DNA of 62,644 bases from Phoronis australis. Its lineage: Eukaryota; Animalia; Phoronida. The notes under the pieces are model-generated. The model was not told where the DNA came from. It did no database searches and saw nothing but the letters and a program-made list of their open reading frames with translations. Positions 50,178 through 62,644 of this stretch are shown one piece after another. Location of the stretch: assembly GCA_002633005.1 (NCBI GenBank), contig NMRA01000079.1, positions 192,444 through 255,087 of the forward strand, in the 5' to 3' direction. The first letter of the stretch is position 1; each line of letters opens with the position of its first letter. The position numbers were made by a program, and so were the translations under genes.

Positions 50178-51892
50178 AACAAGAGCAAGGCAGAATCCAT
50201 CGCAAATGGTGTGCTTTTAGGGTTATTTATTTGTATCATAAAAATGGCCAAGATGGCGCAAAAACATACAATCCATCCCAAAACAGGAAAATGCCACATT
50301 TTATAAAAATCTGTCAAGGAAACTCAGAGAAACAAAAGAAAACAGAATAAAATGAAATTGCCACTAGTGGGCACAGTGACCGTTGGATCTGCCTGAAAGT
50401 CCGATTGTCATCTGTTGTTATCTCCATATGAATACACTTACTAAATTTAAGTAAAGATCCTGCAGTGGGCTTATCAGATACAACTATGGGCGCAAAACAA
50501 AACTAACACTATGGGGCGCAACAGTAGTCAGTCATCATCATCAAAGGTCGTCTTCACACTGAGAACATATATGCCAATTTTCAAATGATTTGGTTGATAC
50601 AGGGGTGGACACCAAAAACAAGATTTGAAAACAGCAAAAATGGCCACTAGGTGGTGCAAAATGACTTGATTCCATCCAAAAACAGGAAGATAGCGTCATC
50701 ACTGCAAGAGATGTCCATATTTAAAATTTTATGAAAATCTGTTGAGGACCTTTGAAGATACCGAGTTAAACGTAAAAAAACTAAAATTGCCACTAGGGGG
50801 CACAGCAGTAGTCAGATCTGTCCGAAAGTCGTCGTCATTCGTAGTCAACATCACATAAATACACTTGCTAAATTAAGTAAAGATCCTGTGAACGGTTTAG
50901 GAAATACAGCCATAGGCGCAACAAAAACATAACTGCCACTAGGAGGTGCCACAGTAGTCGAAATCATCGGAAAATCATGGTCAACCGTCCTTTTTATATC
51001 TTTATAGTAAGCACATACCTGCCAATTTTCACAATCATCCTTTGAGCGGTTTGGTTGATAGAGGGGTGGACGCAAAAAAACAAAATCGAAAACAGTAAAC
51101 ATGGCAACTATGTGGCGCAAACTACGTCGAATCCATCCGAAAACAAGAGGATAGCGTCATCTCACCAATAAGTGCCTACATATTAAGTTTCATGAAAATC
51201 CGTAACGGACTTTTGAAGATATAAAGGTAAACGTAAAAAAATTGCCACTAGGGGGCATACCGATAGTTGAATCTGTCCAAAAGTCATCGTCGTCCATTGT
51301 TAACATCATATAAATATACTAACTAAATTTCGTAAAGATCCTGCGAACGGTTTAGAAGATAAAGCCATAGACGCAAAAAAAAACTGCCAACAGGAGGCAC
51401 CACAGTAGTCGAAATCGTCAGAAAATCATTGTCAACCATGCTCTTCATAGAAAGCACATAAATGCCAATTTTCACAATCATCCTTTGAGCGGTTTGGTTG
51501 ATATAGGGTGGACGCAAAAAAACAAACTTGAAAACAGTAAAAATGGCCACTAGGTGGCGCAAACTAATTCGAATCCATCCGAAAATGAGAGGATAGTGTC
51601 ATCTCACTAATAGGTGCCTGCATACCAAATTTCATGAAAATTTGTTCAGGAATTTTGAAGATACAAAGGTAAGCGTAAAAAAATAAAATTGCCACTAGGG
51701 GGCAGACCGGTACTCGGATCCGTCCGAAAGTTCTTTCATGATGTCCCATTAATGAATATGTGCCAAATTTCATGAACGTATGTCAAAGGGTTTTGGAGAT
51801 AGAGCAGCGGACGACGGACGGACGGATGCCGCCTGGACGGACGGAGATGACGGCATAATGCGTCCACATATAAATATGTGGGCGCATAAAAA
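50178..51892 (+). mobile_element. Helentron-associated (HINE/DINE-1-like) element with a tandem core array
   Basis: Starts AACAAGAG. Contains about ten ~150-bp subunits in ~450-bp higher-order repeats, a GGAC microsatellite (51809-51845) and a terminal hairpin ATGCGTCCACATA-TAAA-TATGTGGGCGCAT followed by AAAAAT. Confidence 0.75.
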
Positions 51893-54800
51893 TAAATTTA
51901 ACAAATTTGTTAAACTGTCATGCAATTTGGGAGTTCTAAATTATAAATATGCATTCCATCACCTTAAAAATGTCATTTCCAGTGCATTTGCAATAGATCT
52001 TGTGCATGATCAGAAAGTTTTGAAAATGCGAACTATGCTCAACCAAATTTACAAAATATTTTTAGAACAGAATACGGTTCTTGTGTCTTTGTACATCACT
52101 CTAAAGTCTCAACGCTGCAGCCTTGGATTTAAGATGCAGTTTTTTAGATATTTGCTTACTTCCTAATTGGTAGTCTCTCTTCATAAACTTAAATAGTTGT
52201 CATTCGTTAGGGTTCATGGCTTCAGGCATTAGAGAATACATGTACCATCTACTTGTATTGTTGACAGGGTACATCATATTTCAATGTGTGTGAAGTTAAT
52301 TGGCATTCCTTGTAATACTGAGAAAAACATGAGAAATTGGTTGGCTCAAAAGAAAGTGACTGAACACACTGCCATAAATTTCATATTCCCAGTTTCAAAA
52401 TGGTGATTCACGATTGAAAACGTTCACGAGTTACCAAAATGACAACCTCGAATACATTCAAAAATGTTATATCTTAGTCAGCAGTATATGGTACATGCAA
52501 CCTCTAAACCCGTTTCTGTAAAAAGACAAGCTGGCTAAAATTATTTTTTCAAACTAATTACTAGAAATTCTTAGACTTAAAAGAGGTCACCTTTGTGCAC
52601 CACAGTGAATCTGAGAGAGAACACTCGGCTCATAGTATGAGACAGCCATGTTCAAAAGGATGCAGTTCAAGTAAGAAGTTCACGACATATCCCTAACGTC
52701 CGTGTCAAGCTGTGCAAAGAGGAAATAGTCGCGAACCGGCGAAAAACAATTTGTAGAGTGGCCATGTTCACCCACTCTGGAGTCAATCATGCATGAACTA
52801 ACAAATAAAAACATAAAAACACCCGACAGGTGAGCTTAAGGTTATCACGTGCAAGCCACGTGCATCGTGTTATGTTAAAACTAATTTGTTTTTAATTCCT
52901 AACTTCGTTATTTTCTAACTCATCATGTTCACGTCTACTTAATCCTATGTTGACTTCATTGTGGAATCGATTGATCAATACATGACCACAACTAACAACT
53001 ACAAGCCTAGAAAATGTCCAAACGCAGCTCACTTCTGAATGGTCATAAAATCTCAGAAGCAATCGTTCGGGTTCGTATGAAACATTCAGATGCTGCAGTG
53101 ATCACAAAAAAGCTGCAACAAATTTAAAGTGCTCAATTTTTTGCCCAAGGGGTATCAACACAGAGCTATCAGGATTTTTATAAAAAAAAACAAAAGTTAT
53201 CAAATGCAAATTGACATGAAGCAAACGTTTATTCAAGTGAATATGTCTCGCACTGGATCATCTTATTCCAGGTCAACAGTGCCATGTGAACACAGCTCAA
53301 GAGCAGTAATTAATCATGTGAGACTTTGTCAGCTGGGTTTCATTGACTATGTAAGAGTGGCACTAATGTTGCCTTCCTAGTGAAATAAGACTATCAGTTT
53401 ACTTGTAACTTTCTCACCTAGAGAGTTCAATGCCCTGTTGGTTCAGCATACTCAGCAATCAGATGTGTCCAATGATGGTGCCTCCAAAGGGTGTGTAATA
53501 AGTACCCAGTTCAGCCATGAAATTTTTATGAGAATCAGACAGGACTTCTGAGCAGAAGGACACGAGCTGCTAAACCAAGCTTTCATTCCAAACGTATGGA
53601 GCATATCATTAATCCGGGATATGCTAATGTGGTACATTTCTACTCACTTTGGACAGAAATAGAGTAAAAATTCTATAAATAAATTATTTTGCTCAAGGTT
53701 GGAGCTTGCCTCAAATTCTAGGAACAGGCAATATTGGCAGTACCGGAGACTAAAATTATACACTCTGTAGATTGAAAACAGATTGTCCGAAATTTAAGAA
53801 ATATGGTGAATGTCAAAATTCAGTCTTGATCCCAAATTCCAAAATAAAGAAAATTCAGTTTTTACATGAGTTTCTATGTCTCAAATTGTAGAGAGGGTCT
53901 CATATTAGAGAATTTTTACCATAATTGCCAAAACTGTTATTTTTTCGATTGTAACAGCCAATTACTTTACAGCAATTTACGAAAGTTTTATGACATTTAC
54001 AGAGTACTAGCCATGTGCTATATGTAGAGATAGACTAAAATTTCCTTAATCCTGCCTTTTATGGAAAATTTTGAACAAATGGAATTGCGTGCTAAATAAG
54101 TAAAGACTTATAGTGTTTTGTTCAATCACGCACAATCATTACAGGTCGGGCCCCGAGTCGAACCCAACATAAGAAGAGATCAGACTATAAGGAAGGCAGA
54201 TCGAACAACTGTTTCAGACAAGATCAGACGTTTCAAGTGGCTTCAACTGATTGGACGACACGTGAACAGCAAAAATTTCATCATCCACCATTTAAAGTCT
54301 CAAAAAGCTGAGCACAGCATTTTCTGGTTTAGAAAAAAATTATTCTCCTCACCGAATCACTAAACATACTTTCAGTAAAATTTCTGGCACCCTTCAGAGT
54401 TAAACTTAAACTGAATAATTCTTACTGCATATTCACACGTACAGTACACAGCCAATCAGCCCAAATTCCCTGTTATTTCACAGGGCAGAAGCCGACTTCA
54501 TAGACAGCGTCTTCCCTCATGATTGAGAATAGAGCGGGGAAGCTAAGACATTCTGCAATTACCGTGTAATTCATCCCATAATTATAGCTCTAACCAGCCA
54601 TTTTTGTCATTCACAGAATTAGTCAACACGATTAAAGATATATATACTTTTGTCTTTTATATAACTGAGATAACAGGGGTCAGTCATCCCAGTTTTATAC
54701 AGTGACGGGATTAATGGCCAATGAAGATTCACCAAGTGCTTGAACAGGTTTGTTTAGGTAAGCCAACCAATATTATAACTATCAACTTCTGTTTGGTTCA

Positions 54801-55469
54801 ATATAATCCCCGCAATTAAAAGGTTCGGACCACTAATGGCAGAGAGCTTAGAGGCATCTATGGCACTGAGATCCCAGCTTAATAAGGATTAAAATAACTG
54901 ATGAGTATATCAATTAAGGCGAAGGAGTGAAGTCTTGAGAGCAAACAAAATAGAAAAGAATTGGCCAAAAGAACTTTAAACCATAATGTTCTTTTCAAAG
55001 TAGAATAAAATATATTTTCCCTTAACATAAACTGCAACTCCTGTCATTTGTAACCTTGGACATGTACACTCCTGCTTTAACAACTCTCACTTCTGCCTGA
55101 GTCCGCTTAGCATCGATCATCTTGCGACGTGTCAGTGTAGTCTGCAGCTTAAGACATCAATGACCGAAAAATAACGAGACTACCATTACTAAGCAAATAG
55201 AAGAACAAGCTCACTTAGTAGAGAGAATGGGTTGTAATGAAAATCAGAGAAGCAGAATCTGACCATTAAACATTTCCTCCGACCTTTTAAAGAATATTCC
55301 AGTCAAGACACAAATTTAACCAGCGACACCTAAAAAAATAATTGCAGGTGGTCTAATAAGTCGCGTTGTACCAGACGTGCGCATGTGGGCCCATTGCACT
55401 GATCACCTCGAACCATTTTTATGCTTTTATTAATATAATAGTTTAAACCAAGCTGAGGGCATAGAATTA

Positions 55470-55556
55470 CCTGACTCAAAGGTTTAGCAGTGTGACCCAG
55501 TGGGACTCGAATCCACCACCTTGAGTAAGAAAGAGGGCACCTATCACACTAGGCCA
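55470..55556 (-). mobile_element. tRNA-derived SINE head
   Basis: The minus strand has A-box-like TGGCCTAGTG and B-box-like GATTCGAGTCC at tRNA spacing, followed by non-tRNA body sequence. Confidence 0.55.
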
Positions 55557-58500
55557 ATATTGCTTCCTCAGCAACACCTAACTTTTATTGCTAAATTCCA
55601 CAATACTACCAACTTGGTAAACTGGTAACGAGGCATTCTGTCGAGCAAGTCTCATTGAACACCAAGATATTTTCTACACTTTTTTAAATTTCAGTAATAA
55701 CGTCTTGTATCGCTGTGCAACATGTCTATTGCCACTATCTAAATCGAACAGGAGATGTCCAACACTCATATACAACACCAAAAGGAGAGTTTTGTAAAAC
55801 AACTTGAGGTAATTTAATCAGGATTTGTATCCAAGTTGAACACATTATGATGCCAAGAAACAAATTAGGGCTTATCACTGAGTACCAATTTATGAACTTA
55901 TCTTACTGTTAAAAAAATCTGCCAACCAAAACTCCAAGCCTTCGATTCCTGGCCTATGTAGTTTCCAATGGTTGGTGCGCAGCTAGTCTACTGAATCCTT
56001 CACCAAGTCTACCACTTCTCACTGCAGGCACTGAATGTCTCAATCAATGTCTATTGGGACTGCCTACAGGGGTAAACAACAGCACCACTTTTCCACCAGT
56101 AAATCTCCATTTGATCTGACCAATCACCCAGAAGTAAATGTGCTTAACTGTTGTGCAATCAGGCCTAGTAAACAGCTGCAACCACAGACCAGCACAAAAG
56201 ACATCTCACTCTAAAGGACCAATCTGACATACCCTGGCAACCATGTGAGAAAATTGTTTGAAATGGCACTACATGATCTACCAATCCCTTAACATTTAGC
56301 TCAAATTAACATTACATTATGAACCCTTGAGATCTACATAAACTATGTTTCTTTGGTGCCACATACTAACGCAATACTTTTTGGGTACACATCTTCTATT
56401 TGCCTCAGTCTATTTCAATTTAAAGGCATTAAAACGCTATCCTGTTAGGCTAGCACATTTTTGCCATCGTTCCACAAAGGATATTTTACAGTCAGCCGAA
56501 TAAATGACTGGTAAAACAAATGCTTTTGGTGAAACGTGACATACCAAATTGCACTTTTTATTTTTAAAGAATTGTACTCAAGTAAGTTGACGTCAGAGGA
56601 AATAAGGACTTAAGATAACAAGTCTGGACATATCGACGTGTCTATCTTGGTCGGCTCATCTAGCTCATTGCTCTACTGGAGTGTAATTCCTAGATCCTTG
56701 GAGACGTCTCGTCTATTTCGATGGGATGACACTGATCTGAGTAGGAACTCCGGTCATGTGGGATCCTGTATGGTTACATTGTGAACACTTTGATCACTGT
56801 ATGCGGACGGATGGCAATTTTAATCTGGCGCATTACCTAGCTGAGAATGTGAGTTATGGCAATGGAACCCTGTGACCAGAGTGACGGCCCTCAGAGTAGT
56901 CAATATCATCTCATGAGCAAAAGTGACAAGTCTCGGAGAACATACACATAACTGTTAGATACTGCGATAATTTCTATGCATTATTTCTAGACTGTGATGC
57001 ACTCACAAATACTTGGCTAAACCTTTATCCAACAATTGTGAAGCGGCCGAGCGTGAGACCAAATTTCTGTCTTAATTCTTAATCCACTTTTTATGAAACA
57101 GACCCCAGGATATAAATCCAAAGCCATCAAGAGTGGCAAAAATGAATTACCTTGAGGTAAATATTGGATTTGAGTAATCCGCGCATTAATGACTCGAGAT
57201 GTGAATAAAACAGTGGAAACCTATCCACCAAGACGAGTCAATTCACGTCATCAATGATGAGGATAGATGTCCTCAGGAGAGCAAAAGAGCGCGTTTTGAA
57301 AGACCACTACGTATACCCTAGAGCTGGCACGTGTCAGTAAATATCCGGAGATAAACAAACCCTAGCAACAGTAAGGAGCAACTAGAATGCACAAAAGACC
57401 AAACATACGGGGACTTTATTGATTAAAAAACTCATGCATACTATAAACCTACCTTTCATGTAAGAGATTACAAACCAGTACCAGTAAGTAAGGCTAAAAA
57501 CTTTAAGTAATTTCTGGCTGAAACTTTAACTGTCAATTTCATTTATTGCTTCATGCCATACTCAGCCCAGACATTATGAATCCTGACAATTAGCGTTATT
57601 TCCAAGTTCAGAAAGCACCTCAAATAAGTTTAAGTGGTCTAAATCATAGGTTATTTTTGACCAGCTTGAAGTGGTTTATACAAGCTTTGAAGATATATTT
57701 TCATGCTTCTAACTATGCTTATGTATAAGGGGAACTAAACCCACAATGCTATTTTAACATAATCTACGCTAAACAAAAACTTTGCATTCACTGACAACTT
57801 GTAAATGTGAAAACAAAAAATTCTGTGGATTGATCAATGCAGGAACGCTAACGTGTGACCTTTGTCAAACAATATAGCCAAATAATGGAAGATTAGTAAA
57901 AATTTAAAATAAAATTCTACAATCTTTCTACTATCAGAAAATACATATTTTATTAGGCAATAATCATCAGTTTTGAAGATATCTGTTTAAATTCACAAAT
58001 TTGTCCATAAGAATCTACATAACCTTTAGAACACAACACAAAATACCCACCTGAGTTGATGGCACATTCAAGCCAAATTACACTGACTAGTATATGAAAG
58101 CCCTTCCCCCAAGGCAATATTAACAAAGACACAACAAATTGACATTGTTAGTTGACAGGGGCATAGCTATATGAATACCACATACTCAGTAGTATACAGG
58201 GGTCTACACAGTGGAATGGCATAACAGGATTAAGACTGAAGGGACAGGATTATTGAATACAGTGTGATGCAATGGCTGAAGAGCTCTTGTGTGTGTCCAA
58301 GCATGCAGACAATTGGTTACCATTGGCGACCTTTGACAGTAAAGAAATATTGTTAGTTATTCAAATAAACACTTCAGATTTCAGATACTGAAGCATAAGG
58401 CTGTTGTTGAATTGGGAAGATTAAGGTGTTTTTGTTATGATTTCACACAAACATAATTACCAAAATTGCAATTTTTCTATTTTTCTAAGGCTGAATGTAA

Positions 58501-60647
58501 TGTACAAACTATTAGCTATCAACACAGTAAAACTTCATAAATCAGTATTTTGTTGAGAAATTTCAGTTATTGATCATATCGTGTGCCAAATGGGTGAAGA
58601 ATTGCAGAGCCACAACCGCAAACTCGTGCGTTAACGCCCTGGACACTTAAATGGGTGGTAACCCACAACTTTACAGCATAACAAGATTTCTATGGAATAC
58701 ACCAAGACTTCAATAGAGCCAGCGTGGATGGAGAGCTATAAGTTCAACTAGGTATCTCAAGAAAACAATAGCTGGGGCTCGGGTCAAGGCGAGAACAATT
58801 CAATGAACGTCAGACATTAGTTCACTCACTAGTCCCAATACTTTCACGCTTTGATGTGAGCTGCTTATGTCAGCTATCTTCCACTTGAGGCAGATAACTC
58901 GACTCGTAACTCTATGTGTGCGCAGTCCCTTAATGGACGTTAGGTGTAAGTCACGAGAAACCAATTAATGTACTGATTAACCTCTGAGAACGGATATGCT
59001 GCAGGCTGTCATACACTTCTTACAAGAAAAAATACAAGCAACGATACAACGGAAATTCGATGGCTCGTACACACACAACGCTGTTAATTCAAGGAGGTAT
59101 GTTCAAATATATATCGACTCAAATTTACAAAAGCCAAGAAAAGGTTGCGCACTACGCAGATATGAGGAAGATTAAGGTGTGCATAAATTCAAGTTGCTCA
59201 TTTTCCCTAAACTAAAGTATTGATTAGGCCTGGATCAATAGCACTGGTAAAGTAATCCACTCTTAAATTTACCAACACAAATAAGGAAGCTTTAACAGAG
59301 GTGGTCATTAGTTAGAATTACTGTGTTGAAAACTACCCTAGTGGCAAGCAGATTGTCTACACATGTAGCTATATGCCATGAATTGTGCGATGACACATGG
59401 CTTACCTCAAAATCCAAGTGCTGCCTGGTGGTTTGGTAATTGGACCAATTGTGTTGCTCACCCAGCAGAATTAATGAGGAACATATTATTGCAACATTAA
59501 ACAAAAGTTTTATGTTGTAAAAGTTACATTACTTGTCCAATTTTCAAAATTCAAAAACCTAAAACATGTGTTTTTCACGAAATATTCAAATATGTTATTA
59601 ACTTTCAAGATGAAAATTCAAAAATACTATTGTCGCCCCCAATGTGTTTATGATGGTTTCATTATCTAGAGAACCATGACATCAGCAACATGAGAAGATT
59701 AAATTAATCACAACAGCAAGGTCATGTCTTCGATCTAAACCAGCAAATTGTGTGGTATGCAAACCAGTGGTCACTTGCCCAATTTCGACCAGTTAAGGTG
59801 GCAAAATAAGATTTGTTTCATAACATTACAGACAGTTATTTTCAATCCAATACAGGATGTAACAAAAATAAAAACATTCCAAAGATTCAATGATTTAAAA
59901 CATTTAACAATTATGAATGTGTTTTGGAAACTTTTATTTCATCAAAATTTTCAACAATAGTAATCAAGGGGAAAATTTACTTAATTATTCCAAAATTCTA
60001 TTTAAGTGCGGCTGTCATCAACGAACACATGGCGACACTTTGAGTGTTTTTGACAATACAATAGGCATTTGAAAAATCGAAAAAGTACAATTTTGGCCAT
60101 TATTTTTGTTTGAATTTGAGATAACTTTTACCGTCAATAACTTTTGTGAAATCCATGACAGACTAATGCCCCTTTCAAATTTCATTGCATTTTTTTATAA
60201 TAAGTATCACCCAAACATCCCTAAAAATATGTTTCTCAAAAATCCAATGCCTTGTATCCTCGTTCTCACAAAACTACACCATTGGTATAATCATCAAGCT
60301 GCACTTTTCAGTGTGGTTCTTGTGTTCCATCCAGTCTTCAGTTCACAACAACTGTAGACAAAGTATCTACTAAAGAATACTTTATGGAGAATTAAGGTAA
60401 CCACTGGCCGGTTGCACTGAAACGGTCCCAAACAGAAACAACAGCTCAACATTCCCTAAAACTTTGCATTTCAGAACTTTCTTACTCACTAATGTCATTT
60501 TTCCATTTATCCTTCTAATAGAAAATTTCTCTTTTACTAAGAATGTTTTCAAAAAATTACCAAAAAACAAAAAAATTACTTACTCCTTAAATTCACAGGC
60601 ATTGGGAGGGTCCAGATTTCTTTTTAGTTATCAAAGCTAAAAACTCA

Positions 60648-60821
60648 CTAAAGGCCACTGCACATGATAGTCTTCGTGTTGGGAGGCCTCGTCTACTTTT
60701 ATCAGCTACAATTTACCGCGTCACTGAACCTGCGTACAATGAAATTTTTTTCGCGAACCAGCGAACACGATACAATTTTTTGTCGGCGAAATTGTCGCCG
60801 ATCATGTGCACTGGCCTTTAG
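60648..60821. mobile_element. Harbinger/Tourist-like MITE, about 170 bp
   Basis: 21-bp inverted repeat CTAAAGGCCASTGCACATGAT with one mismatch, including TAA/TTA next to AGGCC termini. Confidence 0.75.
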
Positions 60822-60943
60822 CAAAACAGACAAGATAGTGGACAGTAGAGATGATCCTTTCCGCCTTGCTCCACTTTCGCGTTTAGACTTATAATTGTTA
60901 ATGGTTTACGGACAAAATGAAGCTGTCAGCTGACCCAGGAAGC

Positions 60944-61130
60944 CCATGAGTCCGTGACCCATGTTTGGCGGTCCGTTAACCGTGTTTCCTCGTGAATATG
61001 AGTCCGTGTCCAGTGTATTTGGGTGCGTGGTTGGTGTTTTAGGAGTTTGTGAGTCAGTGGACGGTGTTTGCAGGTCCGTGAGTCGGGTTCATCCGTCCGT
61101 GTCCGTGTTTATGAGTCCATTGACTGTGTA
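60944..61130. repeat. Degenerate cluster of GAGTCCGTG-type motifs
   Basis: About eight variants of (ga)gtccgtg at irregular spacing. Confidence 0.5.
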
Positions 61131-61576
61131 GTTTAGGTACCTTGTTCATCCTCATTTTTATGACTTCAAAATCCTATGCCGACAACAAACCCCAATTCTG
61201 CCCCTAAGGTACAGGTTTCTATTGGCTCTTAATAATGACAGCAATGGTGAACACTCACCTTACATACGTCAAAATTTCCTCAAATTTGAAAAAAATAATT
61301 GCCAAAATTGTGATATTTCAACAGCTCCATACATTGTCAGAATGCTTAAGTTGAACCATGTGTTTATTTATGACAGTAGAATAGTAAAACTATGGAAATA
61401 ATGAAATAAAGTTTTCTTCCAAATGAATCAACTTTTGTTGAAAATTTTGACAAAAAATCTGCCATATTGTGTCGTTAATTGAAGGAATTTGACCATAATT
61501 CGTAATTTTAGTAATTGTTAATTACATGGATATGCACTGCGTGGACAAAAGAACTTTCCCATTCAACAGGTGGCGG

Positions 61577-61925
61577 CCAGACTTCTAGTGCCCAATTCTA
61601 GATAATAATTGGTCCAGACTTCTAGTGCCCAATTCTAGATAATAATTGGTCCAGACATCTAGTGCCCAATTCTAGATAATAATTGGTCCAGACTTCTAGT
61701 GCCCAATTCTAAATAATAATTGGTCCAGACTTCTAGTGCCCAATTCTAGATAATAATTGGTCCAGACTTCTAGTGCCCAATTCTAGATAATAATTGGTCC
61801 AGACTTCTAGTGCCCAATTCTAGATAATAATTGGTCCAGACTTAAGTGCCCAATTCTTGATAATAATTGGTCCAGACTTAAGTGCCCAATTCTAGATAAT
61901 AATTGGTCCAGACTTAAGTGCGCAA
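61577..61925. repeat. 37/36-bp minisatellite, 9 full units plus a partial one
   Basis: ccagacttctagtgcccaattctagataataattggt units start at 61577, 61614, 61651, 61688, 61725, 61762 and 61799; a 36-bp variant starts at 61836, 61872 and 61908 (partial). No spacers. Confidence 0.97.
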
Positions 61926-62644
61926 TAGAGATTACACAGCAACACTCTAATCTTCCTGCATTTACTCACAATGCTGTCAACATCCGCTAAGCACATTTCC
62001 TGCCTCATTTTCATGCCACTGGAGTTTCACATGTTAATTGCTGTTGTCTGATTCTTTACAAGTTTTTTCTCGGTTGTACTCTATTCGTCTTTTCAATGCC
62101 AACAAAGTATTACTGCTGTGCTCTGGGCTACAACTCCGATGTGAAAAAGTTTGATAAACTAGACAAATACCCATGGATGTGAGGCCTGAAATTTTTCGCC
62201 TTACCGACAATTCAATGAAAGACACGACAATATGCCTGATTTCCAAAACTAGGTCAGCGCTTTCTTATCTCCAGGACAAAGGAGAGTTCTATGGCCATGT
62301 AATCTGGGCGGGCCCTATTCTAGAGCCATTGGTGGTCCAGTCATTCCGAATTCTAGACAAGAGCAACGCAGAGCATTGAAATGCGCCCACAATTGCACCG
62401 CATACGGTATCCTTCTAGGGTTGTTTATTGGTACCATAAAGTGGCCAGTAGAGGGCATATATGTAGTATCTTGTACTTTGCAAAATGGAAAGGCATGGTC
62501 ATTGTCTCCTCAATAGGCTAGGGGCAAAATGTGAGTAATCTTCATAATACAAGCACATCCTATACACCAGTTGCTTAAAGCACCACAGAAACATAGAATT
62601 AAAAACAAATTTACCAACATACGAGATTAGCACAGCATTAGAAT

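Noticed and set aside
55480-55556. Functional tRNA gene (also considered at ~9890-9955)
   Set aside because: A/B-box-like motifs are present but there is no paired acceptor stem or full cloverleaf, so these were treated as SINE heads.
61577-61925. CRISPR array (37-bp partly palindromic repeats)
   Set aside because: The units are directly adjacent with no unique spacers, there are no cas genes, and the context is eukaryotic.

Overview
AT-rich animal (probably invertebrate bilaterian) genomic DNA with two scaffold gaps (977-1448, 20065-20166). Two spliced, convergent protein-coding genes can be rebuilt by hand with GT-AG sites and consistent phases. (1) A C9orf85 homolog on the + strand, join(1989-2197,3171-3284,5022-5104,6405-6640), 213 aa. 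(2) A K+-dependent Na+/Ca2+ exchanger (SLC24/NCKX, Nckx30C/NCKX2-like) on the - strand, 8 core coding exons from 43084 to 13713, 666 aa. Its 5' non-coding exon(s) lie somewhere to the right of 43.2 kb and were not located. The remainder is intron or intergenic DNA with many non-autonomous DNA transposons (Kolobok-like, hAT, Tc1/mariner, Harbinger, Helentron/HINE-like), tRNA-derived SINE heads and minisatellites. A ~1.7-kb near-identical duplication flanks the second gap and is probably an allelic assembly artefact. No prokaryotic-type system or CRISPR array is present, and I found no clearly new biological system. The best leads are a HINE-like element carrying ten co-oriented CTCF-like motifs about 140-170 bp apart, a set of candidate cassette/micro-exons and alternative donors in the NCKX cytoplasmic loop, and a uORF cluster at the NCKX start. 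All alignments and family assignments were made by eye, without database searches.
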